In this document: in pieces, positions 27,600 to 42,916 of the stretch
Layout: every line of letters starts with the position of its first letter
How positions within the stretch are numbered: the stretch's first letter is position 1
NCBI RefSeq assembly: GCF_009914755.1
Contig: NC_060937.1
Length of the DNA: 64,000 nucleotides
DNA from: the human T2T-CHM13v2.0 reference genome, Homo sapiens
Direction: 5' to 3' (one strand)
Translations under genes and position numbers: made by a program
Notes under the pieces: model-generated
The model's input: only the letters and a program-made list of their open reading frames with translations
Databases searched by the model: none
What the model was told of the DNA's origin: nothing

Positions 27600-30450
27600 G
27601 TCCAAATTTGTTACCAGAAGTGGTTCTAGAATGAAAGTCTTCAAGATGGGTTTCTAGAATGATTGCTTGCCTCCCAGGTGGGAATGAAGATTTCATTATT
27701 GTATAAAATAAATATGATAGCTCTTGGTACACTGTAACTTCATAATTACTAAGAATCTCACCTGTGGTTAATTAGATTGGACATACCTAAAATGGAAGTA
27801 CTAGCTTGTGCAACATGTCTAGGAGTTGAAATATACAGGGCAATGGTAATTAGAAAGACTGTGAAGTTGGCTAGCTTTTGGTTACTCTCATGGAAGTCTT
27901 GAAAAAGAAAAGATAGTTTTAGGTCATCCAATTATTAATTCAGACTTTGCCATGAAAACCAGACCTTGAATCACATTGTTTAAAAGAGCCATCTTCCCCT
28001 GCATATGCTGAAATCAGGCTCAATATTTTACCATAACATTGGCAAAATCAGCACCCTGATAAGAAAGATGAGAAAATAGTGTGAGTCTGAGAGAATATAT
28101 GGGGACTTTTGGTTGAATGTACTAATAAACCTTGAATCCACATGTTCATGTAAATGCTTAGGCTGATAGAAGCAATCCCTTCATTTTTCTTGACTAGAGT
28201 AGCCTCGAAAGTCTGGAGATGATGCAAAGACCAGCCCTGAAGAGGATGCCATGTATGTTGATGTTTTCCATCTTCAGGTTTTACCTGTCTCCTGTTCTCA
28301 TTGCTTCTGGATCAATAATTAAGATTGACTCTACATGGCCCAAATGAAGAAATGAAAGGAAATGGATCATTCACCAAAGGATCTGCAGAACTTTGCTAAT
28401 ATTTACCAGAAGTAACCAGTAGGATATTCAAGTGAGTGCTTCTTAAAAACACATTAGAGCAGGGGTATGCAAATAAAAGGCCGTATTAGGGAGAGTGAAT
28501 TTATATGGAAAGAGACTCTTTTATGACTCAGGATTTAATTTCCTGGTAAGGATGCCAGAAATGGAAATTTGAATCCTGAAGATTGGATGGCTTACAGTAA
28601 ATGAGTGGACCTGCTAGAACAGTCTTGGCAGAGTATTTAGACAGAGGTCAGAAGCACAGAGATATAGGCATGATAGAATAGATTTAGTATATAAGGCCAG
28701 AGAAAAGGCCCAGAAAACTCCTTTCACTAAGGGAACGAGGAATATGCTAGTGAGTACTGCAACTTCAGAAAGGTTGGTGGTGACAGTCCACCATAGCCCA
28801 GAATGTATTCTGACAGATATAGCTATGAACCCATGCTTACTGGTGTAAATGTGAATGATAATATTCTGGTAAAGCAGAGGACAAGTGGTAGCATCTCACC
28901 TTGTCAGAAACAAGTTGGGTTTAATTCCAGCATGTGTAGCAAGCCTGAAACAGCAATCAAGGACCTTACTTATAGGGATCTGTAGCAGTGGCTAATAAAC
29001 TATGGTATTCCTAGGGGCCAGATAGGCAGCCAATAAAGATATTGGATTGGATTATAGATGTCAAATGGATAGAGTTGTTCAGGAGAAGAATCATGATGGC
29101 AGCTATAAGAGGAAATCATGATTCCTTTCCCAGTTTCTGTACCTAGGATAATTCCTAGACAATAAGATCATCCATTGAAAAAGAGACTGGATCTTCTTGA
29201 GGAACGATCCTGCAGTGCCAACATTGTTTTTATAACAGATATTTCTGAACCTTTTCCAATGGAACCTATGGCAATTTACCAAAGTAATTATGTATCAGGA
29301 GAAATGTAACTAATAGATATTTGAAAAAAATGTTGGTTAGAGGATCTTACCTGGCACTGATACTAGGGATCCCAAATGTCATCATAGTACCCTTTTAGAG
29401 TGGGGTCATATGGAGGCAAGGTAATAAATGAAGTCCCGGTCCAAGCCCATCTCATGACAAACAATTTTGGGGTATCATTGTGTTGTCCTTTCTCCATGCT
29501 TTAAGCTGAATACTTGGGATGAATATACAGTCATAATGACGTTTCAGTCAACAATGGATGGTGTTCCTATAAAGCTATAAAATTATATTTTTACTATACC
29601 ATTTCTATGCTTAGATACACACGTATTTTCCATTGTGTTAAAATTCAGGTTTTCAGCCTAGAAGCAACATGCTATACCATATAGCCTAGGTGTGTAGTCA
29701 GAGCTATACCACTTAGGTTTGTGTAAGTATACTCCATGTTGTTTGCATAACAAAATCACCTAATGATTCGTTTCTCAGAATGTATTCCCATTTGTTAACT
29801 GATGCATGACTGTACATATCAGCTTGCAGAAACCTTATATTGGCTTCCCACCGTATGGAACAAAAACTTTCATAACAAAGACCAAGTGGGAGTACTTTCA
29901 AACCATTGGCCACTTCTCCTGGCCAAGTTAATCAGAAGCAATAGCCATATCCTAAGTAGAATAGTAAAGAGTTATAACATATCCAAAGACTTAATAGTTT
30001 CAGGATTGCTGCTTTGTGTGCCCCACAAACTCTGGATGGATAATGGAAGGTGATATAAATTAACATAACCTTAACCTAGTGGTAACCTCGATCATATTTG
30101 CTGTGGAAAACTTTTACATGTTTTTTGAAAGAGATTAACACAAACTCAGACACCTGATTTATGGTTATCGATATGATGACTGCATTCTTTTTATTTCCCA
30201 TCAGGGCATCCGTACAAATGCCTTAATTCTCTTGTTCTCTACCACAATTTACATATTGCATAAAGGCCTTGATTGTTCAGACATTCCAGAAAGCCTTATG
30301 CTGGTCTAGTATATTGATACTGTCAAGTTAATTACACCTGGTAAGCAGGAAATGGCAGGTTCTCTAGATGTCTTGTGGAGAAATGTGTGGGCAAGTGATT
30401 AGGAGAAAATCTCTATGAAAATGCAGGTTTCTGCCACATCAGCGAGGCAA
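27600..30450 (+). mobile_element. Degenerate ERVL-class endogenous retrovirus internal region (PBS, gag/pro/pol remnants)
   Basis: PBS-like TGTTACCAGAAGTGGTTC at 27609; protease-region peptide RVGSYGGKVINEV at ~29397; RT-like IDMMTAFF at ~30168 and YIDT (YIDD remnant) at ~30310. Confidence 0.7.
29528..29812 (+). mobile_element. Tigger3-like MITE inserted in the ERVL
   Basis: TA|CAGTCAT...ATGACTG|TA terminal inverted repeats with TA target duplication. Confidence 0.85.
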
Positions 30451-31099
30451 TTAGATTTGCCTAAAGGGAATAAGAAACTATTTTCTCTAAGTAACAAGGG
30501 CATATCAAAGGAGTAAAAATCTATTTTCTCTGAGTAACAAGGGACTGTCAAGAGATATCCAGGGGCAGGAACTACACTATAGAGTATAAGCATTCAGAAA
30601 ACCAAGATGAAAAGCCCCACCTGCCAGGAATGCTGGCATTATCCAAAGCCTTACTGTCTCTGTGCGGGTTAGCCATTTCCAGTTGAACGGGCCCTCCACT
30701 GAACTATCAAAAGGGGGAATTAATCCAGCCTCCAGCATCCTCCAGATTTGCTTCTCATAAATGTGAAAATGTATTATATTACATATTGCAGAATTGCTCT
30801 TTAAGTGGTTGTATCAGCTTCTACTCCTAACAACAGAATTATGAGAGTTCTCTCTGGTCTACATCATCACCAACACTTGGTATTGTCAGACTATTTAAAA
30901 TTTTCCAGTATAATATGTTTGAAAATGTACCTCATTGTGGCCTTAATTTCTCCAGTTTCTATTCAGCTTAGCACTTTCTTATCTTTATTGGCCATTCAGA
31001 TCTCCTCCTCTCTAAATTGCATGCCCATATCTTTCACCATTTTTTAAAAAGCAGATTATACTTATAGTTTTTATTTTTAAAACTTATTTATATATATTG

Positions 31100-31440
31100 C
31101 AATAAAATCATGTCTTTTGCAGCAACATGGATGCACCTGAAGGCGAATATCCTAAGTGAGATAACTCAGAAACAGAAAATCAAATACAGATTGTTCTCAC
31201 TTATAAAAGGGAGCTAATCAATGGGTACACGTAGACATAAAGATGAAAACAACAGACACTGGGGACTCCAAAAGTGGGGATGGTGGAGTGGGGGTGATGA
31301 CTGAAAAATTACTTATTACTGAGTACTATGTTCACTATTTGTGTGATGGGTTCACTAGAAACACAAAACCTTGCATTATGCAATATACCCGTGTAACAAA
31401 TCTGCACAAGTACCCCTGAATCTACAATATAAATAAATAA
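31100..31440 (+). mobile_element. L1 (L1PB/L1MA-like) 3' end, nested in an older antisense L1M (~30790-32500)
   Basis: AAATCATGTCTTTTGCAGCAACATGGATG...CTGCACAAGTACCCCTGAATCTA followed by an A-rich tail. Confidence 0.8.
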
Positions 31441-31810
31441 TTTTTAAAATGAAAATTAAAATTCTTTATGTATTTTAGCTATGAATATTTCTCAACTATA
31501 TGCATTATAAACATCTTATAGTCTGTAGTTTGCATTTTAATATATGTATAAAATATTTGGATGCACAGAATATTATTAATGCAAATTTTAGAAATATGTT
31601 TTATTTTTCTATCTTGCTTTATATAAAAATTATTTCTGATATCAATGCCATATAGATAATCACATACATTTTCTTCTACATTTAGTCTTTAATGCATAAG
31701 AAATCTATTTTTGGATTGAGTATATTGTAGAAATCTATTACTTCTCTTTCTCCAATTCATAACTAGGTTTCTTTTCATCACATTGTTCAAGGAATCATTG
31801 CTTTCTTCTA

Positions 31811-32221
<411 letters not shown>

Positions 32222-32660
32222 TTATAGAGAAAATCTTCTCATCTCTTTCTTCAAGAACTTTTGGCTGTATTTAATCTTGTGTTCTTTCATTTCTGTTTGA
32301 AAACCCTCAAAAACTACCATGAAAACCATTTTGATTGCAACTTATTACATGTGGCTTTTAGCTTAATTTGAAGAGGATTTACATATTTACACTGTATTAA
32401 TAGATGCTTTTTATGCATAGGCATGTTAAATTCTGTCCCCTTATTTAGTATTACCTTTATATCTTAATTATTTTCTTTTCATACTGATCTTGCAAAAGCT
32501 TTTAAAACAAAAATCATTTGAATCTTATTCTTCTGAAAGCCATTACCGGGTGAAAGTTTTGTATTAGATTGGGTGTTCCAGGAAGAAAGACTAAATTCTA
32601 ACTACAAATCTTAGGTCAATTCTTTGATAAAAGATTGTAAAGTTTAATTATTATTACTTT

Positions 32661-32968
<308 letters not shown>

Positions 32969-35610
32969 TTATTCAGAATCCAGATGAAGATAGAAAACAT
33001 CCATTTCAGGTTATTTTCCTTACTGTCCAGAATTTTTTGTGTATATACTCTTCCATTATGATTATAGTACATTCTTGAGACATTAATTTTACTGTTTCTC
33101 AGCTCTGCTTTGTTTAAATTGAAAGCCTTTTCTTATGTGCAGGAGTGACATTTAAACCCCGAATTCTAAGCACAGTAGCTCCCTTCTGTCTCAGCCTCAA
33201 CCACTAAACTGTTTGGACCATGCACAGTCTCATTTTCAGTTTCCTCTTCATTTGTGTCCTCTGGTTAATCCTGTACCTAATTGGGAGCTCAGCTACAAAC
33301 GTTTGTTTGATTTAGTTTACTCAACATTTTTCAGTAGTTGCTACTGCAAGGGTTCTCATAGTTTCTAGTGCAATATATTGCCAGAAAAGATAAACTTTTA
33401 TTTCAAGATTTTTCTTATTAATATGTTCTATTCGTTAAAAAATAAGCCAGTCATTTAACACTTTCGTGAATAATTTAAATAGCACAAATTCATAAAGAGT
33501 TTCAAAACAGTGAAGGGGAATGCTACAGGATTTTCTTTAAGATTATTAATAAATCTATTCTGGCAATGGAGATACAAATAATTCATATTTGAACAGTGAG
33601 AACATGGGAATGCCATGGAGCCGATATTCTACTGATGCAAATAAATACCCTCATTCACTGAGTGTTAAAGACAATCCAACAGAAATTGAGAAGATGATGA
33701 TGGAGATAAATTGCCAGTCATTTTCAATAATCTTAGCAATTGAAAATAGAATAATTGCAATAATTTCAGGACAATAGAAATAATGCACGGATTACAAGAT
33801 GGTTTTTTCAAAATTTATGGAAATTCAGAGCATCTATGTGTGTACATATTATGTGGGAAGTTTTGCAAAACTAAATGGCCATCAGAAGTCTTAGTGAAAT
33901 TCTGCCTTGGATGTAAACCTGAATATTATACTCAATTATGATTTGGACACCTTTTCCATATGCAAAATTGAAACTAATTTACTTATAAAAGATCCCCTCC
34001 TCCCCCACCACTCCGGGCAACAAATTCCCACCTGTTTGAACTGGATAATCACCATCACCCTGGAGGACAATTATTCTGGTGAACATATTTTGGTAATTAA
34101 TGAATAACACTGAAATCAGTTTTATTGATTTTAGCTTTGGTTCTGTAACTTTTTAACACCACTTTGGGCAAGATTTTTAATCTATTCTATTCTTCTTTTA
34201 AAGTAGGGTAAAAATTGTTACTTTCTTACTCCATGAAGGACATTTTGAATTGGATGTAACTATATAATCTAATAAAGTTAGCTATTCATGAAATGAATCA
34301 TTCCCATGTTACATGATCTTGTTGAATATTCTTATCATCCAGCATTTTGAATCACCAGTATAATGATAATTTGTGTTGATAATGAAGCTCCCAAAATGCA
34401 TTCTGAATCATCAAAAAAAGACTAGATTAGGTTCAGAATAATTTTAGTTCCAAGTGACTCATCTGTCTCATTAATCTCCAGTATTAAGCCTCAAAGTCCT
34501 TCAGAGTATTTCTTCAGAGAAACTCACATTCCATAGCAATCTTATTAAATAGTGTTAATATATTACATTTTTTAAACTTTTGGTGGCAAAGCATGCACTT
34601 TAAGATAGGCCTGCATTTTTCACTACCTACTAGATATGCAGCTTTCAACAATTTACACAATCTCCATAAATACTTGCCTTTACCTGTAAGACTGGTATAA
34701 TAATGGCTTGCTCAAAGTACTTTTTGACAGTGCATACAATATGCTTAGCTCAGGGCCCGGCAGGGTAGTAAGCACTTTCATTACCTTAAGTGTCATTATT
34801 TTGTTAATGCTTTTCAGCCACTATCATAATTATGCTTCCATTGTTTCCATTAACAAAAAAACATGAATCATTATTTTTTATCAGATCTAGTCCAAAGTTC
34901 TCCAACTTACTTTCCAACAGAGAAATAGGATATTCATGGAACAAAAACACTCCTACAATTCTACAAAATGTTCTTGTGTGATCTTAAGATCGTGATTGTC
35001 ATTCACAATTGCTTCCTCTGATACATGAAGTTCAGGTTTACTTTAATTTTATCTCTTTTATTCTTTCCTTTATCTTTTTTCCTGAGCCTCGGTTTCTTCA
35101 TTTGAAGCATGAAGTTAATGAATGGTAGACTGAATTGCAAATAATATTTTAGAACATCACTTAGCACATTGTCTGAGAAATAGGTGCCACATATTATTAG
35201 ATATCTTCTAAAGTCCCTAAAGCATGACATGAACTTTTTAATTAAAGCTTATTTCCCATCACTCCTTCAAAATTGCACTGGTTTACTCTTGCCACTGTCC
35301 TTTTCCTATTAATTGTCATGAATCCATTATGTCAAATATTAATTATTATATATTAATTAACCTTTGTCAACCTTTTTGCCTGAGTAAACCTTCAAACTTT
35401 TCAAGAACAACCCCAAGTTGACATTTTCATGATCTTCCTTCTTTACTGCATTCTAAGCTGATATTTTCTTTAATTAAAATCCTGAAATTTCACTCCTTTA
35501 GTGAATACTTATTTAACAACTCTTACTTAAGAAATTTTTATTTTAAAAACTAAGATATAATACTTGCACGTGCTTGTCTTGCTCTAGTCTGGCAGAAAAT
35601 AGTAGGCACA

Positions 35611-35973
35611 TGTATTAGTCTGTTCTCACACTGCAAATAAAGACATACCCAAGACTGGGTAATTTATAAAGGACAGAGGTTTAATGGACCCCCAGTTCCA
35701 CATGGCTGGGGAGGCCTCACAATTATGGCAGAAGACATAGGAAAAGCAAGGGGACACATACATGGTGGCAGGCAAGAGAGCTCGTGCAGAGGAACTCCCA
35801 TGTATGAAACCATAAGATCTCATGATACTGATTCACTATTATGAGAACAACAAGGGAAAGACCCACTCCCATGATTCAATAACCTCCCACTGGGTCCTTC
35901 CCAAGACATCTGGGAATTATGGGAGCTACAGTTCAAAATGAGATTTGGGTGGGGTAATGGCCAAACCATATCA
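35611..35973 (-). mobile_element. THE1 (MaLR) solo LTR
   Basis: TGTATTAGTCTGTTCTCACACTGC...CCAAACCATATCA; TSD GCACA/GCATG. Confidence 0.92.
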
Positions 35974-36009
35974 GCATGTGTATAGATGAATTGCAATATT
36001 TATAGGAAG

Positions 36010-36370
36010 TGATATGGGCTGCATGTTTGTGTTCCCCAAAATTCATATATTGAAAGGCTAATAGCAAATGTGATGGTATTTAAAGATGGGGCATTTGGGA
36101 GGTGATTAGGTCATGAAGATGGATCCTTCATGTTGGGATGTGTGCCTTTATAAGAAGAAACACTATAGGACAGTGCTTCCCTCTCTTACTCCCCGACTAA
36201 AATGTCAGGATACAAGGAGAAGACACCTCTGCAAACTAGGAAGAGCGTCCTCACCAGACACTGCCAGTTCCTTGATCTTGGACTTCCCAGACTCCAGAAC
36301 TGTGAGAAACAAAAGTTATTTAAATTACCCAGTCTATGATATTTGTGTTATAGCAGTCCAAACTAAGATA
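36010..36370 (+). mobile_element. MaLR LTR (MLT1A/MSTD-like)
   Basis: TGATATGGGCTGCATGTTTGTGTTCCCCAAAATTCATAT...AACTAAGATA; TSD GGAAG/GGAGG. Confidence 0.85.
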
Positions 36371-37963
36371 GGAGGGATATTACTAATTATATAATCATGT
36401 ATTATAATTCTCTTACATATTACATTTGTTCTATAATATACATTATGTATTTCTCAATGGCAAAGAGTGTCTCATGTTTCTATTTTACAAATTGTGTTAA
36501 TTATTCGCAATGCTAATTGCATTATAATAGGACAAAATAATATTATTTGGGTTACTGAATAAAAGGAATGTTTATTATCATAACATTTTTATTATCAGAC
36601 TAATTCTAATTTCTATTTTTAAATTGTTCGAGATATTTAAAATATTGTAAATGCAAAGGCAATGTTATATATGAGTTCATGAGAGAAAGTTGGAATTGTA
36701 CTAATGAAGATGAAATTTTCAAAAGAAAAGATGGGTAGACATTAATGAATCAAGTAAAGAATAAAATGCTTCTAATATCTGTCCTGTACTAATGGCAAAC
36801 TAGCATCATGCTAGCTTCCCCTAAAACTAGTCCAAGAGAAAATATAGAAAAGGGATACAAATTTTTCAGGAATAAGCCAGAAACAAACAAACACCTTTGT
36901 GAAGCTCTTGGGTAGACTCAGTATTGTCCTGAACTGGTGACAAGGATGGGAATAAAGGTGAAGATGTCAGTAAGATGATAGGTTGAAAGGAATCATTTAA
37001 CTTCACCTTATTCCTATCCTTCACTTTAGTGTTTCACATAGAAATTTTCTGCAAAAGTTCTTGTTCTAATAGTGGGGAGGGATGAACCCAATACAGCATA
37101 AATGCCCATTGGGTTAGGGAATCTATGAAAAATGGTGGTTGTGAACCAGTTGATCTGCCCTTGAGCATTTGTTCCTCAATTTCTACCGTTCAAAGTTCCC
37201 ATTCAAAGCTAAGGAAGCAGGTTTTTGCAATGCTAATTTTTCCCAATAGTTAAATGGGAGAAAAAGTGGCAAGTAATTGCCTGGTAAGGAACCACAAATG
37301 TGAATGATACATTATCTTTCTGTGATTTCTTGGTTCCCTTCCCTGAGATTCTGGCTACAGGGCTAGCCTTTTGCCCATTTCCAGAAAAGATTACCAGATT
37401 GAGTAGCAATTACTGTCAGGGAACCTTGTACTCATATGCCAAAAAAAAAGCCATCTAAGAAATAGAAAACACTCTGAAGAAATGTTAACTATTCATCTTA
37501 CACCAACTGAAGCAGAATTCTTAGAACAAATGGACAAAGATTTTATATACAGACATTTAAATAGTATATAATGAGATAAAATAAATTAATAATAAGGTAA
37601 AATAAATTTTAATGCAAAATAAAAAACAAATTTTAAATATTAAATATAGAAATAATCCACATTTAAATATATAATAATGAAATCAAAAATATTAAAACTT
37701 AAGAGAAAATGCTAAAAGCACACAGAAAGCAAAGTTTAAAGGCCTATGATTTATAAATAATTAAGAAGGAGATTAATACCAGACTTCTCATTTTCAATAT
37801 TGGAAAGGGAATAATAGTTATAAGTTTCGAAGAAAAATAACTTTGTACTTAGATTTATTTCCAACCAAATTGTTGTTCAAAGGTATGGATGTAATAAAAA
37901 TATTCCCAGGACTCAATGATACCAAAGGGTTTATCTGTCAGGTGAAGATCCACAGTTAAATGC

Positions 37964-38458
<495 letters not shown>

Positions 38459-39452
38459 AGTTAAATACTTTTAGGAAGAGATATTCAATAAGAAAAGAAA
38501 TCAGTCAAAGAATATATTGCAATAGATACATAAGGTAAAGTTTATTGTTGTCTAGTGAAATATTCATAGTGAGGAAAATAAAGGAGGAGGATAAGGTGAA
38601 GAAAGACTCAGAAGAAGAGAAAGAAAAAAATCATCCCAGAACTAAAATGTTAGACATATAATCATGATGATAGACCAATGATCAAAGCAGGGGAGAAATC
38701 AAAGGAGTATGTATCCATGATATGATGTATGAATTTTATTAGGGAAAGGTGCAGCTCTTATTTTTTAATTAAGAAATATGAACAGGGAACAAATATAAGA
38801 ATAAAAATGGACTGTATAACATATATGACCCTTAAATAGAAAAGAATCTTAATATTAAAATTCAGAAAAAAAGAAAAAATACTATAAAGAGAAAATATTT
38901 TTAAACACCTGAAATCAGTCCTAAATTTTAGCAATACTCAAATGGAAACTGCCTATACTACAGTATCAAAATTCAAAGGTTTTCAAATTAAGTTTTAGAA
39001 AAACAGGATTCAATTATAATATCATTTTCAGAAGCTACACTTAACAAAAAGCATGGAAATTTTGAAACAGAAGGGGAAAAACAGATTAGGCAAATATCAA
39101 TTAAAACTCAGTTGTGTTCTATTTTTGACAAAATAAAATTTAAAGCAAACATTGTAAGAAACAAAATACTTTGTGCTGGTAAAATGTTTATTTTTCTTTT
39201 ACTCATCTTAAAATGTATTCTATCAACTCATTTTCAAAATATACATAAGTACAATTGAGAGAGCTGTAGAGAGAAACAGAGAAAGCAATAATGGTATTTA
39301 ACAAATCTATCTCAAAAATAAATGAAGATTTAAAAATAAGCAAAATTCTTAATGATTAAATAATGTTAATTAAGATAATGCACAGAGATGCTGTGTATAA
39401 AAATTGTATTATGCATGCATATATACACAATATATGAACATATGCATGTATC

Positions 39453-39811
39453 TGCATTAGTCCATTCTCACATTGCTGTAAAGAAATACCCAAGATTGGG
39501 TGATTTATAAAGAAAAGAGGTTTATTTGCTCACAGTTCCATATGGCTGGGAAGGCCTCAGGAAACTTACGGAGAAGCAAACACATCCTTCTTCACAAGAT
39601 GTCAGGAGAAAGAAGTGCTGTGCAAAGGGGGAAAGCACCTCATAAAACCATCACATCTCGTGAGAATTCACTCACTGTCATGAGAATAGCATGGGGGTAA
39701 CTGCCCCCATTATTCAGTTACTTCCCACTGTGTCCCTCCCACAACACGTGGGGATTATGGGAACTTCAATTCAAGATTAGATTTGGGTGGGGACATGGCC
39801 AAACTATATCA
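39453..39811 (-). mobile_element. THE1D-like MaLR solo LTR
   Basis: Typical termini; TSD GTATC/ATATC. Confidence 0.9.
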
Positions 39812-41149
39812 ATATCCATGTATTTATATAGACATGCCTCATAAATGATATGATTAATAAATTTGCATTCTATGTGTAGAACTCTACATCTAACAGAGAA
39901 TAGAATTTTTAACTACACCCCAAAATGCACACATATATTTGATTTAAATGGTCAGTAAAATCTAAAAGCTGATAGAGACTGTATCCTTCTATGATGTAAA
40001 ATCAGACTATATTCTCTCCCATGCAAAAATCATATTTAAAATAATCAATATGCTGACAGTTGCCTCATTTCTTTCTCTATCCTACTCTATTTAACATCCA
40101 GATTTATATATCCCATTGCCTACTTGGCATACTCACTTGAGTGTTTAATAGATATCTCAAATATTTTATGTCCTAAATTTAAACTCTGGTCTTTTTCTCA
40201 AACCTGTTCTACCTCCAACTTACCTTATTTGGGATGACTTCAGTTCAATTTTCTTTTGGCTGAAACTTGAGTTTTTGACTCGTGTCTTTCTCTATACTTT
40301 GCACCCTATTTGCGAGTCCTTTTAGGTGGCATTCTACAGGAAACATATTCAGATACCGCGATTATCTTCAGGAGATTTTGAGAGAAATGTTTCTGGGAGC
40401 AATATTTATGGAGGGAAATCTTGGGAAGCAGAATTGGGCAAGGGAGGAGATGAACTGGAATGTATTTGCAATGTTGGCGTCAGCCAATTTCACAGAACTT
40501 TGGAGCTGGAATTGCTCTTCGGAGATCCCCTCCCCACACAGCACCATCCATCAGTCAGTAGAAATGCCTTGCTCCTAAGAGAGGCAAATTATCTGGGACT
40601 GAGCAGTAGCTGTCAGCTGAAGTCAGTTCCTGGAGAGGGTATTCAGATGAGTCATCAGCAGCCAATAAGCTCTGTGAATGAGCAGAATCTCAGCACTGCC
40701 AACAGCATCCACTGCACTGTGTTTACTTCTATAACCTAACGCGTCTCGCTGTGTCTATCTTTGCCCTTGTTATGTCTATTTTTACATAACAGTCAGAATA
40801 TTTTTGAACCAAAGACAAAATCATTTTACTGTTAAAATTAATCTTAATTAATCTTTTCAGTGATTTTCATCTCCTAGTAGAAGACAAGTCTTTCCAACTA
40901 GGTTAAAATAAAATGTAAAAAAAAAAAAATAAACATCTATGGCTTTGCTTATACTAAACAGTGTTTCTACCATGAAAGACAGAGGAAATTTGTTCCAATG
41001 CAGAGGAATTAGTCTCTGTGGGCCAGCACCTTCAGATTAACTGTGAATATAACTTACAATCAGTTCAATGCATTGAAGATTTACTCTTATAGTGGTGTAT
41101 ATAAGGAAGACCATCTCCTTAATGAAAGGCAAGTCAAACTTTTTTATTT

Positions 41150-41192
41150 TAACTTTTTTTAGAGACAGCGACTCACTATGTTGCACAGGCTA
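41150..41192 (-). mobile_element. Short Alu/FLAM fragment
   Basis: TTTTTTTAGAGACAGCGACTCACTATGTTGCACAGGCT. Confidence 0.6.
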
Positions 41193-42916
41193 AGAGTAGA
41201 ACTTTAAATGGCAAAAGCCACAGTGAAAGAAGGAAAAAAAAAGCCACAGTGAGGAAAAGGAAAAGTAATAGATTACTTGAAACAAATCCTTTCCTTGCCA
41301 TTTCAGGATTGGTTTGTTTTGGAGCTCTGTGCTACTCCAGTGTAGTTTGGAATTTCTTAGGAACCATGATTACCCATCAAGTCCATTATTTTGAGTCTCC
41401 ATGGTGGAGTTGTGTCACAGAGAGCAAAAGTCAGAAGTTAACTATCAGGCTAATGTTACTCAATTTTCAGTGAAGCAGTTGTTCTTGTTCTTTCATCTGT
41501 GTCTCACACTGAATTCTATTTTACAATCTCTCACACATTTCAGGCTTAGGAATATGCAGTGGAAAATGTATTATGCACATGCATGTCAAGAATCAGTAAA
41601 AATTTATTTTAGCAGTGGTTGGATATGTCCTACATGATCTGAGATGACCTTCTCTTTCTGACCTTCTTTCCTCATCACTAATTCTGCTACAGCCGCACTA
41701 GACACCTTGCCAGTCTTACATCACATCAGGCATTGAAATTTTTCACTCGCTTTTCCCTCTTTGAGACACTCTTTGCCCTGATATAACCTAACACCTCTCC
41801 TCCTTCAAACATTTGCTCAAATCTCACCTCTGCAAAAGGCTTAGCTTTATGTCCCTATTTATTACAATACTCTGTGCTCGTAATCTCCCTTAGATTTTTT
41901 CTTCTTTATTTTTCCCCTAATAGCACATATCAGCTCAAATCATCATCACCTCTGACCTTACCTGTAATTTTCGATGAAAACATTGATTCTGAAGACACTT
42001 TGAAGATATGAAATTATATTCCAGATGTGATCATATGATATGTAAGCTATAGTTTGTTTGCTTTACAATACTCTGCATTTAAAAGAGAAGATCAGGACTC
42101 AACTTTCTGACCCACCATCCACTGGTGCCATGATTTTGGAAAATTCACTTAATCTGTTGGGATTTATACGGCTATGACTACTGGCCTTCTTTATCATCCA
42201 TCTTAAGTTCTGCAGCAGCAGATCATGAGACCAGGATTAGTGTGCAAGCGGTTTACTATAGAAATGCTTTCAGATAAACTGGTAAAGAATGTGATAGCTC
42301 CAGGCAAGGGTGCAAGTTCAGGCCAAGTCCAGCTTCGGCCTGACCATGGAGGGAAGCTCTGGGATATAAATTATATCTTAGCATTTGTCCATACAGGAGG
42401 CAAGATAACTGAGTTTCATACTGGTGTAAAAGTAAATCCTTGCCTGTTCTGCCAGGCTGCCCAACAGTGGGATAGGCATAAATTCCCAGTAGCTGTTGTC
42501 TAGGCAAAGCAGGTCTAATAGCCAAGATTAGTCCTCTGAAATGTATGGTACTCAGACCTGTAAGAAACAAAAGACATGGACATCTGAGGAATAAATACTC
42601 AAAAATATTGAAAGGTATTGGAGGACACCTATTTACATCTCTGACAGCACCTACTACATACCTTCAAAAGGAACTGGTTTGGTGGGTCAACCAATTGCAT
42701 TACTTTAAAAACTATAAAAACCCAGAGGGCAGTTCCAGGCTGGGGTCTTGAACAACATAGCTTTCACTGGGGCTGGTTTCTAAAATGACAGAAATGAAAT
42801 CACACAGAAATACACTTGTAGCAGCCCTGAAGTTTTCCAGAAGCCAGGGTTGACCAATGCACTGTTTATTCTACTGTGAACTATACATTTTACTGCTACA
42901 CACACAAAATATGCAT

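Noticed and set aside
40282-40739. Overlapping 98-aa and 137-aa ORFs
   Set aside because: No recognisable protein motif; the region looks like an old MaLR/L2 remnant.
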